In this document: positions 1 through 10,667 of the stretch, in pieces | Position numbering within the stretch: position 1 is the first letter of the stretch | How the letters are laid out: every line of letters starts with the position of its first letter | Translations under genes and position numbers: made by a program | Source of the DNA: Corallochytrium limacisporum Hawaii | Lineage: Eukaryota > Protista > Pluriformea | Reading direction: 5' to 3' | Assembly: GCA_002811645.1 (NCBI GenBank) | Contig: PDIP01000028.1 | Location: forward strand, 62,001 to 126,000 | Length of the DNA: 64,000 nt | The notes under the pieces: generated by a model | Databases searched by the model: none | The model's input: the letters and a program-made list of their open reading frames with translations, nothing else | Told to the model about the DNA's origin: nothing

Positions 1-498
1 CGCAGAATAAAATAGGCCCCCATATTCGTCCGAATGCGCTTAGGAGCAAACAGAAGCCATCGCCTTTGCTTGTGTGCAAATTTGTCCGGTGAAATCCACC
101 AGCCGAACTTGGGGTCACCTCATGCAACTCCGGGAATGGCAATGCACGTAAAACCGAGTGGACCTGAGTAGAGTACCCGAATGCCCTACCTACTCCTTCG
201 GATTTTCCAAAATTTCGTAACCATTCTGAGGGGTCGATTGCCTGTCCACCTGTGTGATCGGGGGTCGGGTATGGGAGAGAACAATGACGTGCTTTTTTTT
301 TTTGTGCGGTTGAGTTCAGCGTAACAATGGTGCCCGGGACCTTCCCCTGCCTCGCATTTTGTCTCCAACACTTCACTTCGCTTGACCATCGCAGTAATTG
401 GAGACGACAGTAAATTGAACACACGCATCCCCCCTCCTCCACGACAAAAAAAAATAATCAAGGGACACGGGCCAGAGAGTGTGGGTCGTGCTTAGGCT

Positions 499-554
499 AG
501 AGAGAGAGAGAGAGAGAGGGACGAGAGACGAGAGAGACGAGAGAGACAGAGAGA
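499..554. repeat. (AG)n microsatellite grading into GACGAGA heptamer copies
   Basis: agagagagagag...gacgagagacgagagacgagagacgagagagacagagag is visible directly. Confidence 0.9.
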
Positions 555-1046
555 ATAGTGGTGGTAGCTTTTTCGCTTTCGCCTGCTGTCGGAAAGGAGC
601 GGTGGTACTCTTGCGCAGTCGATCGTAGGAGTCCTACCCTGCGGGCTGGTGGGTTAGGAGCTTGGGTTGGATGGTTGAGGGTCACAATCCAGGATGGGCC
701 TCGTCGGATTGCACTCGTACCTAGATTCTCTGCGCTCAACATGAGACGGTGTTCTTTGACCTTTACTATTCTAGTCGCCCCAGACGTCTTACAAGGAGGA
801 TGTATGACAGCCAAACACGATTCTTCATCTCGGGCATAGTATAATCACTTGACCACCGCTATGTGTGTGCGCATGACGAACGTCTCAGTACGGGCAGACC
901 GGATGCCCATTACTTTGCGTCTGAGTATCTGCAAGCCAACTGGAGCTTCGAGAGGTACATTAATGGGGTTGGTCTTCGTCACTGCACTGCTAATCCTCTC
1001 ACACTGAAAGGCTTCATACCTTCTTGTTACCAAAGTAGATCTAGCC

Positions 1047-3122
1047 ATGACTCCCTCGCCGAGCCCAGCCCTGTCAGGTTCCACTGCAAAGTCTTCGGTG
1101 GAAACTGCCAAGGCTGCCCTGAAGGACTCTCTTGCGCCCCTTGCCCACCCACTATCCGATATAACCCCACAGGAGATGACTGCGGTAGTTGGGATCGTCA
1201 CTGTTCACTGCGAAAAAGAGTTCGGTGCCATGAAATTTGTTTTCAATGGCATCATGCTGCGTGAACCAGAGACGCGTGAGGTGGATCTGTTTGCGTCTGC
1301 GCCGGAGAAGACCTATGATCGTAGGGCCGATGTGGTACTAATTCAATACGAAGATGGAACGGGTCAGGCAGTGGAGTGCATTGTCAATCTCACTAAATCG
1401 AGGATCGACTCCTGGAAGGCGCTCAAGGGAGTGCAGCCAACTATCACCCCAGAGGACTGTGATCTGCTGGAACAGATCGTTCGGGATGACGTCAGAGTTC
1501 AGGAACATCTAAAGGAGCACAACGGCATCACTGACACCAGCATGCTTATTTGCGATCCTTGGAGCTACGGATTCTGCGGTGACGGCCTAACCGCGGACCG
1601 TCGCATAGTGCAGGCATTCCTGTATTATCGCTTTGATGATGAAAGAGACAATCAGTACGCACATCCGATTGATGCCACCCCAGTAGTCGACCTGGTTAAG
1701 AAGGAAGTCATTAAAATTGACACCCAGCCGAAACCATACCGAGTCAGGGCCGAGAAGGCCAACTACCACAGGGACCTGACCAAATTCCGGGCCGAAAGTG
1801 GTAAGATCCCCTTGCTGAAACCCCTGGAAATTGTGCAGAGGGAAGGGCCCAGCTTCACAGTCGAAGATAGCAATCTTGTCACCTGGGATCGCTGGACCTT
1901 CCGTGTGGGTTTCAATTACAGAGACGGTGTGGTGTTGCGCAATCTGACGCTCAAAGACGATGACGGCACCGACCGCCCTACTTTCCATCGAATTGCTCTC
2001 AATGAAATGGCTGTGCCATACGGCGACCCAAACGTTCCGTATGTGCGCAAGTGCGCTTTTGACGTGGGTGACTACGGGCTCGGTTACTGCGCCAACAGTC
2101 TCGAACTGGGCTGTGACTGTTTGGGGTACATTCATTACTTTGATGCCTGCATGGTCACGCACAGTGGGGAGCCACGCATCCTGAAGAAAGCCATTTGTAT
2201 GCATGAAGAGGATGACGGTCTGCTCTGGAAGCATGTCGAGTACCGCAACGGCCACAGTGAGGCCAGGCGCAGCCGCAAGCTTGTGATTTCCTTTATATCC
2301 ACTGTGGTGAACTACGAGTATGCTATGTACTACGAATTGTATCAAGACGGGACCATCAACTTCAACATCAAGGCCACAGGCATGCTATCCACCAATGCTC
2401 TTTCCGAATGTGAGAGTGACCAGGACCAACCAAAGTACGGCGTCTATGTCATGCCGGGGGTAAATGCGCAGGTCCACCAGCACATGTTTTGCGCCCGCAT
2501 CGATCCTTGCATTGACGGAGCGAAGAATTCTCTGGTCGAAGTCAACGTTAAGGCCGCCCCAGATGCTGGAACCCAGGGGAATGCCTTCTATGGTGAAGAG
2601 ACGGTGTTTGATACCGAGGACCAAGTCAAACGTAATCTTGACATTAACACTGCCCGCTACTGGAAAGTTGTCAATGAATCCAAGCTGAATCCGATCACGC
2701 TCAAACCGGTGGCTTTCAAGCTCATGCCCCGACTAAGCACGCCACTATTGGCCGCTGAAGGGTCAAACATTGGCAACCGTGCTGCATTTGCGCGAAAGAG
2801 TCTGTGGACTACTGCATACAGTGCTGAGGAACGCTATGCGGCAGGTGAGTATCCGAATCAGTATGCTGGAGGCGCAGGTGTCACGGAGTGGTCCAACCAA
2901 GGACGGTCAATTCGAAACGAATCACTAGTTATGTGGCACGTCTTCGGATTGACCCATCTCCCGCGCATTGAAGATTTCCCGGTCATGCCCGTGGAAGTGA
3001 CTGGTTTTGCTCTAAAACCGAACGGATTCTTCACGCAGAACCCGGCAAATGATCTACCACCGGCTAGCGACGGTGAGAAGGCCTGCTCCTGCGAGGACCG
3101 CACAACCCTGTCCGCAAACTGA
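1047..3122 (+). CDS. Copper-containing (TPQ) amine oxidase
   Basis: 691 aa intronless ORF with TPQ consensus (STVVNYEY), Cu ligands VHQH and GLTH, catalytic base region AFDVGDYGLG, LELGCDC, and EDFPVMP near the C-terminus. Confidence 0.95.
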   Translation: MTPSPSPALSGSTAKSSVETAKAALKDSLAPLAHPLSDITPQEMTAVVGIVTVHCEKEFGAMKFVFNGIMLREPETREVDLFASAPEKTYDRRADVVLIQYEDGTGQAVECIVNLTKSRIDSWKALKGVQPTITPEDCDLLEQIVRDDVRVQEHLKEHNGITDTSMLICDPWSYGFCGDGLTADRRIVQAFLYYRFDDERDNQYAHPIDATPVVDLVKKEVIKIDTQPKPYRVRAEKANYHRDLTKFRAESGKIPLLKPLEIVQREGPSFTVEDSNLVTWDRWTFRVGFNYRDGVVLRNLTLKDDDGTDRPTFHRIALNEMAVPYGDPNVPYVRKCAFDVGDYGLGYCANSLELGCDCLGYIHYFDACMVTHSGEPRILKKAICMHEEDDGLLWKHVEYRNGHSEARRSRKLVISFISTVVNYEYAMYYELYQDGTINFNIKATGMLSTNALSECESDQDQPKYGVYVMPGVNAQVHQHMFCARIDPCIDGAKNSLVEVNVKAAPDAGTQGNAFYGEETVFDTEDQVKRNLDINTARYWKVVNESKLNPITLKPVAFKLMPRLSTPLLAAEGSNIGNRAAFARKSLWTTAYSAEERYAAGEYPNQYAGGAGVTEWSNQGRSIRNESLVMWHVFGLTHLPRIEDFPVMPVEVTGFALKPNGFFTQNPANDLPPASDGEKACSCEDRTTLSAN

Positions 3123-4089
3123 ACCGCCCCGCCATCCGTCCTCCACTCAGCACACTCGCAGCCAATTCAATACAGCACACCCGAAGGAAACCGGGCGGCT
3201 CTTTGCCCATTGTTCTTTTGCATATGTTTGTACTGATCCCACCTTACCGTTTATTCTCTATGGAAACGGGGTTCTCTTTTTCCCCTCGTTCGAACCGCAG
3301 CACACCCGCTCGTTGGGCTTCATCGTTCCAGCGGGGTCTAAAACCGAACCCGTTCCCAATCCTGCCTCTTTCTGCAGAGGAAGGGAAGGGCAGTGGGAGA
3401 GGCCCCCCCCCCGGGAGGGGGGGGTGTTTGGAGGACTGGTGTTCGTGATAAAGCACCGCTACCTGATTTTTGGCGCCCAAACACAAAGGCGGTGAGAGAC
3501 CCCGACGGTTTCGGGGGAATGGAGTTGAAAGCGGGGAGGTGACAAACACAAGGCAAAAGCAGGGCTGCTGCTTTGAAGGGGGAGGAAAAAAGAGTGGCCG
3601 GTGTAACCAACCGCGGAGGTTTTGGCGACTGGGCAAAGGTACCGGAGTGGCTCATTTACGAATGAGGGGGGCCAGTTAAAAGGGGCGGAAGAACTGGGTG
3701 GGTATGGCAGTCGCGCGGCACTCCTGACCAGGTTAGGGGATGTAAAGGGCATGCGACAAGTGCGAGAGAGCTGAGGGAAGGTTACAGCGCCCGAGAGAGT
3801 TCTCAACTGAATCCCTCTGTGAACATTGAAAGCTGATACCATGAAGTGATTCGGGTATTTGGAGTGATGGTAAATGCTTGGAGAAAGATCCACGGTCATT
3901 GTAGCCATGCTGCTCTACAGAGGGACAAACGAATACCCTCGCTAACAGCCAGTCCAGAATAAGATTATGTGACTGGCCCCAGTTTATTGTAGGCCCTATA
4001 ACCATGGAAGTGGGATAACCTAAAGAAGAAAACGACCATAGAATTCGGAACTGTACAACAGAAACAACACTTAGATTCAGGCAGAAACC

Positions 4090-7000
4090 ATGCCAGCTAG
4101 TAGTGGGGCTCATGGCAAGAGCAACACACGGTCTTCAGGTGCCGGTGGTGGCCGCAAGAAGAGAAGGCGTGGACACCGCCCCGCCAGTTCGTACATCAGT
4201 GCCAAGGACACACCAGATGGTGGTGGTCCCAAAGGCAGCGGAAAGCGGGAAAGACCGCTGGCTGTAGCCGTCTTGGATGCTCACGTAAAGGAGTCCGGCA
4301 GCGTGACCGGCACTCCCCGTTCTGCCGCCTCCGCCACTCCTCGATCCGTAATCAGTGAGTCAGGTACGCACACTGCCTCTGACGTACGAAGTGTGGAAGG
4401 TGATGAGTTCATGGATGTCGCTGATGAGGTAGACGTGCCGCTGCTGGCTATGTGGCAGCCAGGTACACGGGCCTGGTGGCCCACAGATAACCACACGACG
4501 TGGTTCCCGATCAAGGTCAGCAGCATCAATTCATCCCTCAGTGATGCCGATATGCAGACTACAGCTCTTGCTCTACTCAACGAGGAGCCTTGTCCAAGCC
4601 ACATTCCGAACGTGATTGCCACAATTCATTTTGAGCGGGAAGGAAAGGAAGTACACTGCACTTCGTTCCTCAGCAAACCGGAAGAGAGTGTGGAAAGTCC
4701 CCGGGGGCAGAAAGGCACTAGTCATCTTGCCAGTGGAGAGCTGAAGATTGATGTGGACAAAAGCGGCAGAATGGTTGGTGACAAAGCCTCCCAGCCGTTG
4801 CTGCGAAACCCGGAGTGGCTTGAAGAGACTGAGGATCTGATTCAGTTGAGTTACTTGCATGATGCAGGTATTTTGAACACGATCCGCACAAGGTATGTGC
4901 GCCATCGCCAGATCTACACATACTCGGGCATTGTGCTGGTAGCTGTGAATCCATTTACGCGCCTGAACATCTACGGTACTGACTTTATCCAGAAGTACGT
5001 TAATCAGCCGTTCCGTTCGCAGAAACCACACGTGTACGCTGTGGCTGAAGAGGCGTACCGATGTATGGTGCGTGAAGATCGGGACCAGAGTATTGTCGTC
5101 TCTGGAGAGAGCGGTGCAGGCAAGACGATGAGCGCAAACTTTGTGCTACGATATCTGGTGGCGGTAGACCATGCCACAAAGGTCAATCTGAGCAGCAAGA
5201 CAACAAACAAAGGGGGAAAGAAGAGTTCTGGCAACCAGGCCCTCGGTGACGTGGAACAACAGATCATTGCCACTTCCACCATCATGGAGTCGTTCGGGAA
5301 TGCCCGTACCCTGCGCAACGACAACAGCAGTCGGTTTGGCAAGTACATGGAGATTCAGTTTGATCACGCTCGCATGATGATCGGTGCCAACATCAAGACC
5401 TATCTACTGGAGCGTAGTCGTGTGGTACAGCACTCTAAGGGCGAGCGTAATTACCACATTTTCTACCAGCTGACGGCAGGTGCACAAGCCGCGGAACGCC
5501 GTACCTACAACATTCAGACATGGAAGGACCACAATTATCTAAATATGGGCAAACATGGACTGGTAAAGGGCATCGACGATGCTGCGGACTTTGCTACGAC
5601 CCAAAAAGCTCTGTCCCTGCTTGGTGTGAGCGTGCAGACGCAGTGGGAAGTCTTCAAGGTTCTCAATGCCATTCTTTGGCTAGGTGATCTGACTTTTGAG
5701 GGAAAGCGTAAGGGACATGATGAGGAGGCACGGGTTATGGTGATGCCGGGCGCAGCAGATCAGCCCCTGGACACAGTGTCACATATTCTTGGCGTCAAGG
5801 CCAACGATCTCTCCAAACTCTTGACCACGCGTACCATTGTCGCAAGAGGAGAACGAATCACGAAAAATCTGAGCGTCGGCGATGCGGCGGCAGCAAGGGA
5901 CACAATTGGCAATTTCCTATACAATTGCGTCTTTACGTGGGTGGTGCGCACACTGAACGATGGACTTAGTGAACAGAAGGGAATCTGCAGCAGATTTATT
6001 GGCATCCTTGATATTTATGGTTTCGAGTGCTTTGATGTGAACTCCTTTGAGCAGTTCTGCATTAACTACGCCAACGAGAAGCTTCAACAAGAATTCACGC
6101 GCCATATTTTCAAGCTGGAACAGGATGAATACGCAGCTGAGGGCATCCCATGGGTCACCATCGATTTCTATGACAATCAGGCTTGCGTGGACCTGATTGA
6201 GGGCACCGGTCACCTGCTGGACTCTCTTGATGAGCAGAGCCGCATCGCGGGTGGCAGTGATGCTAACCTGCTGCTGAAGTGGTACAAAACGTACCAAGCC
6301 GAAGGACGAGAATCGCATACCAATCGGCCCAGCAGGAGCCGCAGCCTGAAAGCAGGAGAAGTACCGCGCCGCGGTGTCAGCCCTGGTGGCCGAACTGCCG
6401 GCAGTGATCATATGCGCAAGACCGCCTCTGAAACGATGCAGGAACTCGAAAACTCAAATCTACGACCAGAGGCACAGTTCTTTAGTAAGCCCCGTTTCAG
6501 CCAAACTGCGTTCACCATCCGCCACTTTGCGTATGAAGTAACGTACGAAGTCAGTGGATTTATGTCCAAGAACACAGAGTCCATCACCCCGGAACAGATC
6601 AGCGGATTGGCCACGTCTTCCAACCCATTCTTCCATTCGTTGGTGGAGGTCGAATTAGAGAAGCAACGCGCTTTGGAGGAGGCACAGAAAGAGGCCGAAG
6701 CGATGGCAAGCACCCGCCCTGGTCGTAGCAGTGCGAAGAAATTGGTGAAGAAGGAGACTCTCAGTGCTGTGTTCAAGAAGTCTCTGGGTGATCTTATGGG
6801 TCGCATCAAAATGACTAGTCCTAACTACATTCGATGCATCAAACCCAATGAGGGTAAGGCGGCGTTCTCAATTCAGGATGCGTTCGTACTGAATCAGCTA
6901 CGGGCTTGCGGTCTTTCGGAGACCATTCGAATCAGTGCCAAGGGCTTCCCATCGAAGTATCGCTACGAAACATTCATGGACCGATACTGGCCCGTGGCTG

Positions 7001-8904
7001 AATTCAGGGTGAACCGTAACGATGTGTCCCAGGCTAAGAGAGTTGTCGTTGAACTGGCACACCAGTGCTTTGGTAGTGATCGTCAAAACGTAGAGTACGC
7101 ATTCGGCAAGACCAAGATCTTTCTCAAAGCCGGACTCATTGGTGACATCGAACGGCAGCGCACCATTGCTATTGACGAGCGTGTCACACTGATCCAGACC
7201 TGCTGGCGACGATTTGTGGCCCAACGCGCCTACCGCGAGTTACGCAAGGCCGCTATAACACTGCAGGCGTACTGGCGCGGACTGGCCGCTCGTAAATTGC
7301 GCGTTTGGTTGCGCCAGACCCGGGCTGCGACCCGCTTACAGGCCGCATACCGTTGCCACCGTGCGACTGTGGCCTACACACGCATGCGCTTGGCAGCGCT
7401 GCAGGTCCAAGCGGTCTTCCGCCTCTACCGGCACCGCCGCCGAGAACATCATCGGCTCCAAGTGGAGTCGGCGACAAAAATCCAAGCTGCGTGGCGGTCA
7501 TATGCCGCTCGGGCAGCCTTTGTGGCCCACCGGCGGAAAGTCGTGGTTCTGCAATGCCTTTGGCGGCAGAAGCGGGCCCGTGCCGAATTGCGGCAGCTTA
7601 AGATTGAGTCACGCTCGGTCAAGAAATTCGAAGAAAAGACGGCGAATTTGGAACGCAAGATTGTGTCTCTGACGCAGTCACTGATAGATGCACGGAAGGA
7701 TAATACTGCGCTCGCGGAAGAGGCGAAGAGTGCTCAAAAGGCAGCGGCCACGAGTTCAGAGCGTGTCGCTGTGCTGGAAGCAGAGCTCCACTCTCTGCGG
7801 GCTACGACGGCCGCGCAGGCGAAGGAACTGCGGTCTCTGCACACCTCGGTCACCTCGCTGGAGGAAAAGCGCCGCCACGACGCTGAGGCCAGCACCCGCA
7901 AAGTGGAAGCACTGAAGAGTGATCTCGAGCGCCGCAGTGATGACCTCGCCATTGCACGACAGACCGTTGAGGACGAGCGGGCCAAGCGGCAAAAACATGA
8001 GCGTGAGGCCCGGAAAGCGATCGAAGCGTTGCAAAAGCGCACAATCGATCTGCAGTCATCTCTGGCGGCTGTAAAGCAAGAGAATGAGGAGATGGTGGTG
8101 CAGTTGCAGAATTCCGGCATGATGCCCGGCACAAGACTTCAGAGGGATCGGTCCGCAGTCGAATCTACAGCTTCGGGGCCGACAATGGGGAAAGTGGCTT
8201 CGTCGGCATTTGCGGGACTGAGTGCGGGCAGACCGCACAGCGGGATTGGAGACCAAGTGGAAAATCTGCGCGGTACTGCTGGAATCGCCGCCGGCGCCTC
8301 CGCCTCTGGCCATTCCCCACCCCAACGGTTTGCCGATATTGCGGCTGACCGCCAGTCCCAAGCAGGGCGCACATCCGAGGCCTCTTCGCAGGTCGGGGCC
8401 GGCAATGGACCGCAGTCCTTGGTGTCACTAGGCACCGAGTCATTGGCCAAGGGCACTCGCGGCTCTGCGCCACTGCTGAAACGAATGGCAGGCTCCATGA
8501 CGCTACTGAATTGGAAATTGAAGGCCATGGAAGCACACCAGAGTCCTGCCCTGGCCATGCTGCGGGACACCAGCGATGGAGCCGCCGCAGGAGCTGGGCA
8601 AGGACAAGTTGATGACAAGGGCAATAGCACTGTCCGTGCTGCAACGGACATCCCCGGACGGACCAATCCTCTCACACCACTCGGCAAAGAGAATTTCAGC
8701 ACCGCAGCCAATGCCACAATTGAGCCTCCCTCGACACCCCTCTCCAGTACGAAGACCGCAGCGGCCACCAACGGACTAAGTCCAGGTGGTAGCAGCGTCA
8801 TCAGTGCAGGTGGAAGTGGTCTTCTAGGGGCCCTAAGTGCGGGACCACGCATTGTGACGCGCCGTCTGGACATGTACGATCTCACCACACCGAAGAAGAA
8901 GTAG
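4090..8904 (+). CDS. Class V-like myosin heavy chain lacking a recognisable DIL/globular tail
   Basis: P-loop GESGAGKT, NDNSSRFGK, LDIYGFE, YIRCIKPN; six IQ motifs spaced 23-25-23-25-23; coiled coil starting ARAELRQLKIESRSV; low-complexity tail. Confidence 0.93.
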   Translation: MPASSGAHGKSNTRSSGAGGGRKKRRRGHRPASSYISAKDTPDGGGPKGSGKRERPLAVAVLDAHVKESGSVTGTPRSAASATPRSVISESGTHTASDVRSVEGDEFMDVADEVDVPLLAMWQPGTRAWWPTDNHTTWFPIKVSSINSSLSDADMQTTALALLNEEPCPSHIPNVIATIHFEREGKEVHCTSFLSKPEESVESPRGQKGTSHLASGELKIDVDKSGRMVGDKASQPLLRNPEWLEETEDLIQLSYLHDAGILNTIRTRYVRHRQIYTYSGIVLVAVNPFTRLNIYGTDFIQKYVNQPFRSQKPHVYAVAEEAYRCMVREDRDQSIVVSGESGAGKTMSANFVLRYLVAVDHATKVNLSSKTTNKGGKKSSGNQALGDVEQQIIATSTIMESFGNARTLRNDNSSRFGKYMEIQFDHARMMIGANIKTYLLERSRVVQHSKGERNYHIFYQLTAGAQAAERRTYNIQTWKDHNYLNMGKHGLVKGIDDAADFATTQKALSLLGVSVQTQWEVFKVLNAILWLGDLTFEGKRKGHDEEARVMVMPGAADQPLDTVSHILGVKANDLSKLLTTRTIVARGERITKNLSVGDAAAARDTIGNFLYNCVFTWVVRTLNDGLSEQKGICSRFIGILDIYGFECFDVNSFEQFCINYANEKLQQEFTRHIFKLEQDEYAAEGIPWVTIDFYDNQACVDLIEGTGHLLDSLDEQSRIAGGSDANLLLKWYKTYQAEGRESHTNRPSRSRSLKAGEVPRRGVSPGGRTAGSDHMRKTASETMQELENSNLRPEAQFFSKPRFSQTAFTIRHFAYEVTYEVSGFMSKNTESITPEQISGLATSSNPFFHSLVEVELEKQRALEEAQKEAEAMASTRPGRSSAKKLVKKETLSAVFKKSLGDLMGRIKMTSPNYIRCIKPNEGKAAFSIQDAFVLNQLRACGLSETIRISAKGFPSKYRYETFMDRYWPVAEFRVNRNDVSQAKRVVVELAHQCFGSDRQNVEYAFGKTKIFLKAGLIGDIERQRTIAIDERVTLIQTCWRRFVAQRAYRELRKAAITLQAYWRGLAARKLRVWLRQTRAATRLQAAYRCHRATVAYTRMRLAALQVQAVFRLYRHRRREHHRLQVESATKIQAAWRSYAARAAFVAHRRKVVVLQCLWRQKRARAELRQLKIESRSVKKFEEKTANLERKIVSLTQSLIDARKDNTALAEEAKSAQKAAATSSERVAVLEAELHSLRATTAAQAKELRSLHTSVTSLEEKRRHDAEASTRKVEALKSDLERRSDDLAIARQTVEDERAKRQKHEREARKAIEALQKRTIDLQSSLAAVKQENEEMVVQLQNSGMMPGTRLQRDRSAVESTASGPTMGKVASSAFAGLSAGRPHSGIGDQVENLRGTAGIAAGASASGHSPPQRFADIAADRQSQAGRTSEASSQVGAGNGPQSLVSLGTESLAKGTRGSAPLLKRMAGSMTLLNWKLKAMEAHQSPALAMLRDTSDGAAAGAGQGQVDDKGNSTVRAATDIPGRTNPLTPLGKENFSTAANATIEPPSTPLSSTKTAAATNGLSPGGSSVISAGGSGLLGALSAGPRIVTRRLDMYDLTTPKKK

Positions 8905-9173
8905 TGAAGAAGGATTAATTGCACGCCATGTGCCCGAATTGTCACCTCCATAGAGCACATCACTACACATCATCCGTACGATCACTCGCTTGGATTTTCA
9001 TAAATGCCATTTCTGGTACTGCAGTTGCTACTTCGAATCGTAGTTATTGTATTTCTCAAAATGTTGCACCCGGCACATGTGTCTTGGGGAATGCAGGGGC
9101 TGTAAGGGTGACCATTGCATTTGCTTACATGACCCACCTGCTGCTCTTCTCGCACATCTCCGTGCATTTTGCT

Positions 9174-9236
9174 CTAGAGCCGTGATGTATTTTTGTTTCC
9201 TGACGTTGATGATCCTCTGCTACCCTTCTGTAGTCA
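9174..9236 (-). other. Predicted stop-codon read-through extension of UAP1 (X-LQKGSRGSSTSGNKNTSRL*) carrying PTS1
   Basis: Minus strand reads CTG TGA CTA CAG AAG GGT AGC AGA GGA TCA TCA ACG TCA GGA AAC AAA AAT ACA TCA CGG CTC TAG. Confidence 0.75.
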
Positions 9237-10667
9237 CAGGATCATCTCCTGGTTCAGCTTCTGGCCCTTGTATTCGTCCAAACCCTCACCGTCGTAGGAA
9301 GTCAGCGGGCTGATCTCTATTTCCGCAGTCTTGGACATTTCCGCACCAGCGGCCTGCAGCCAGCGGTGGCAAGCGTCCAGGTAGTCTTGGCGACACGTTT
9401 CAGGACAATCACTACCCGATCCAGGCGCATTCTTCAACGGACTAAACTCCTCGTTGCGGGCGCACTCATAGATGGCAAACTTTTCGCACATTGGGAAAAC
9501 ATCAAAGATAAAGAGTTCCATTTTGATACCGTTCGGGGTCGTAGTCTTGACTGTGTTACCTTCTTCATCGGCGTAAGGGATCTTCTTTTTGGCGACGTGG
9601 TGAACCAACTTCTCCACGTCCTCCTCACAGGTCTTCTTCAAATAGTCCATTGAGTAGTAATGATTGGCAATGTTGCCAGCATTGAAGGTCAGGGAGCCGT
9701 CCTCATTGGTGCGGTTGGCAGTGGTTTCTGTGATCTCAGAGTATTCAATGACCTGGTTTTTGCCATCGTACATGCACACCACACCCACAGACTCGTCAGG
9801 GCTGCGCTTGGGGACTACCTTGGCAGCGCACTGCACCCCTTGTTCGATAGCGAACCCGAGGAATCCAGGATCAGCAACCTTGACCAAAACATTGTCAACG
9901 CAGTAGGCATGCACGTGCTTAACTCCCTTCTTCTCCATGTCAGCAATGATTCCATTGTTGGTCAAGGCCTTGTAAAGCCCACCGTTACCATCCGGAGCCA
10001 CGGCCACCTTGCCCTTGGACTCCAGCATGATCTTACCCTCAAAGTCTAAGCATGGCAGCACCCCCTGCTGGAAGAAAGTGATCTGCTCCTTGGGTATGCC
10101 AAAGTAGTTGTTCATCTCAAAGAATTCCTGGGTCGGGGCATCAGTGGGGCCCGAGGTCATTACGTACCAAGGGATGACAGGCTTCTCGCTCAGACCGGCC
10201 TGGTCCTGGGCCAGCTTGGCCACGCGCCTAATTTTCTCGGCTTGAATCTGAAACAGCGACTTCTTCGATGGCAAGCCAACATCATAGCAGCCCTTTGGGG
10301 CGGAGGATCCTAGGCGAGTGCCCTGACCGCCAGCCAATAGCAGCACCGCGACCTCTCCGGCAGCAACGGCCTGCAGACCCTTGGTGCGCCAGTTCTTCTT
10401 GCTCTCTGCATCGCCAGTGATGGCGGACCCGGTGTTTTCCTTCGGCACGGGTTTGAGGCGACTGTCAGACTTAACCTTCTCATCAGTCTCTGAGGGCGGC
10501 GCCATGCAGCGCTTAAAGTATTCGTTGACCTTGTCGAATTCGATGGCTTCCAGTTGCTTGAGCAGGGGAGCCTTCTCGTCATCCGTAAGCTTGTCCCAGA
10601 ACTTGAGCACTTGGGTCTGTCCCGCGGCCTCAATGGCCTGCTTGAGTTGATCGGGTACGGCGGTCAT
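9234..10667 (-). CDS. UAP1: UDP-N-acetylglucosamine pyrophosphorylase
   Basis: LLAGGQGTRLG..PKG, APDGNGG, YCVDN, IEYSE, GIKMELFIFDVF, EFSPLKN. Start moved from the TTG of the ORF track to the first ATG (gcaaccATG, 10667). Confidence 0.96.
   Translation of the reverse strand: MTAVPDQLKQAIEAAGQTQVLKFWDKLTDDEKAPLLKQLEAIEFDKVNEYFKRCMAPPSETDEKVKSDSRLKPVPKENTGSAITGDAESKKNWRTKGLQAVAAGEVAVLLLAGGQGTRLGSSAPKGCYDVGLPSKKSLFQIQAEKIRRVAKLAQDQAGLSEKPVIPWYVMTSGPTDAPTQEFFEMNNYFGIPKEQITFFQQGVLPCLDFEGKIMLESKGKVAVAPDGNGGLYKALTNNGIIADMEKKGVKHVHAYCVDNVLVKVADPGFLGFAIEQGVQCAAKVVPKRSPDESVGVVCMYDGKNQVIEYSEITETTANRTNEDGSLTFNAGNIANHYYSMDYLKKTCEEDVEKLVHHVAKKKIPYADEEGNTVKTTTPNGIKMELFIFDVFPMCEKFAIYECARNEEFSPLKNAPGSGSDCPETCRQDYLDACHRWLQAAGAEMSKTAEIEISPLTSYDGEGLDEYKGQKLNQEMIL

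Noticed and set aside
1047-3122. Possible algal or bacterial horizontal origin of the amine oxidase
   Set aside because: Cannot be judged without a phylogeny; composition matches neighbouring genes and lack of introns is normal here.
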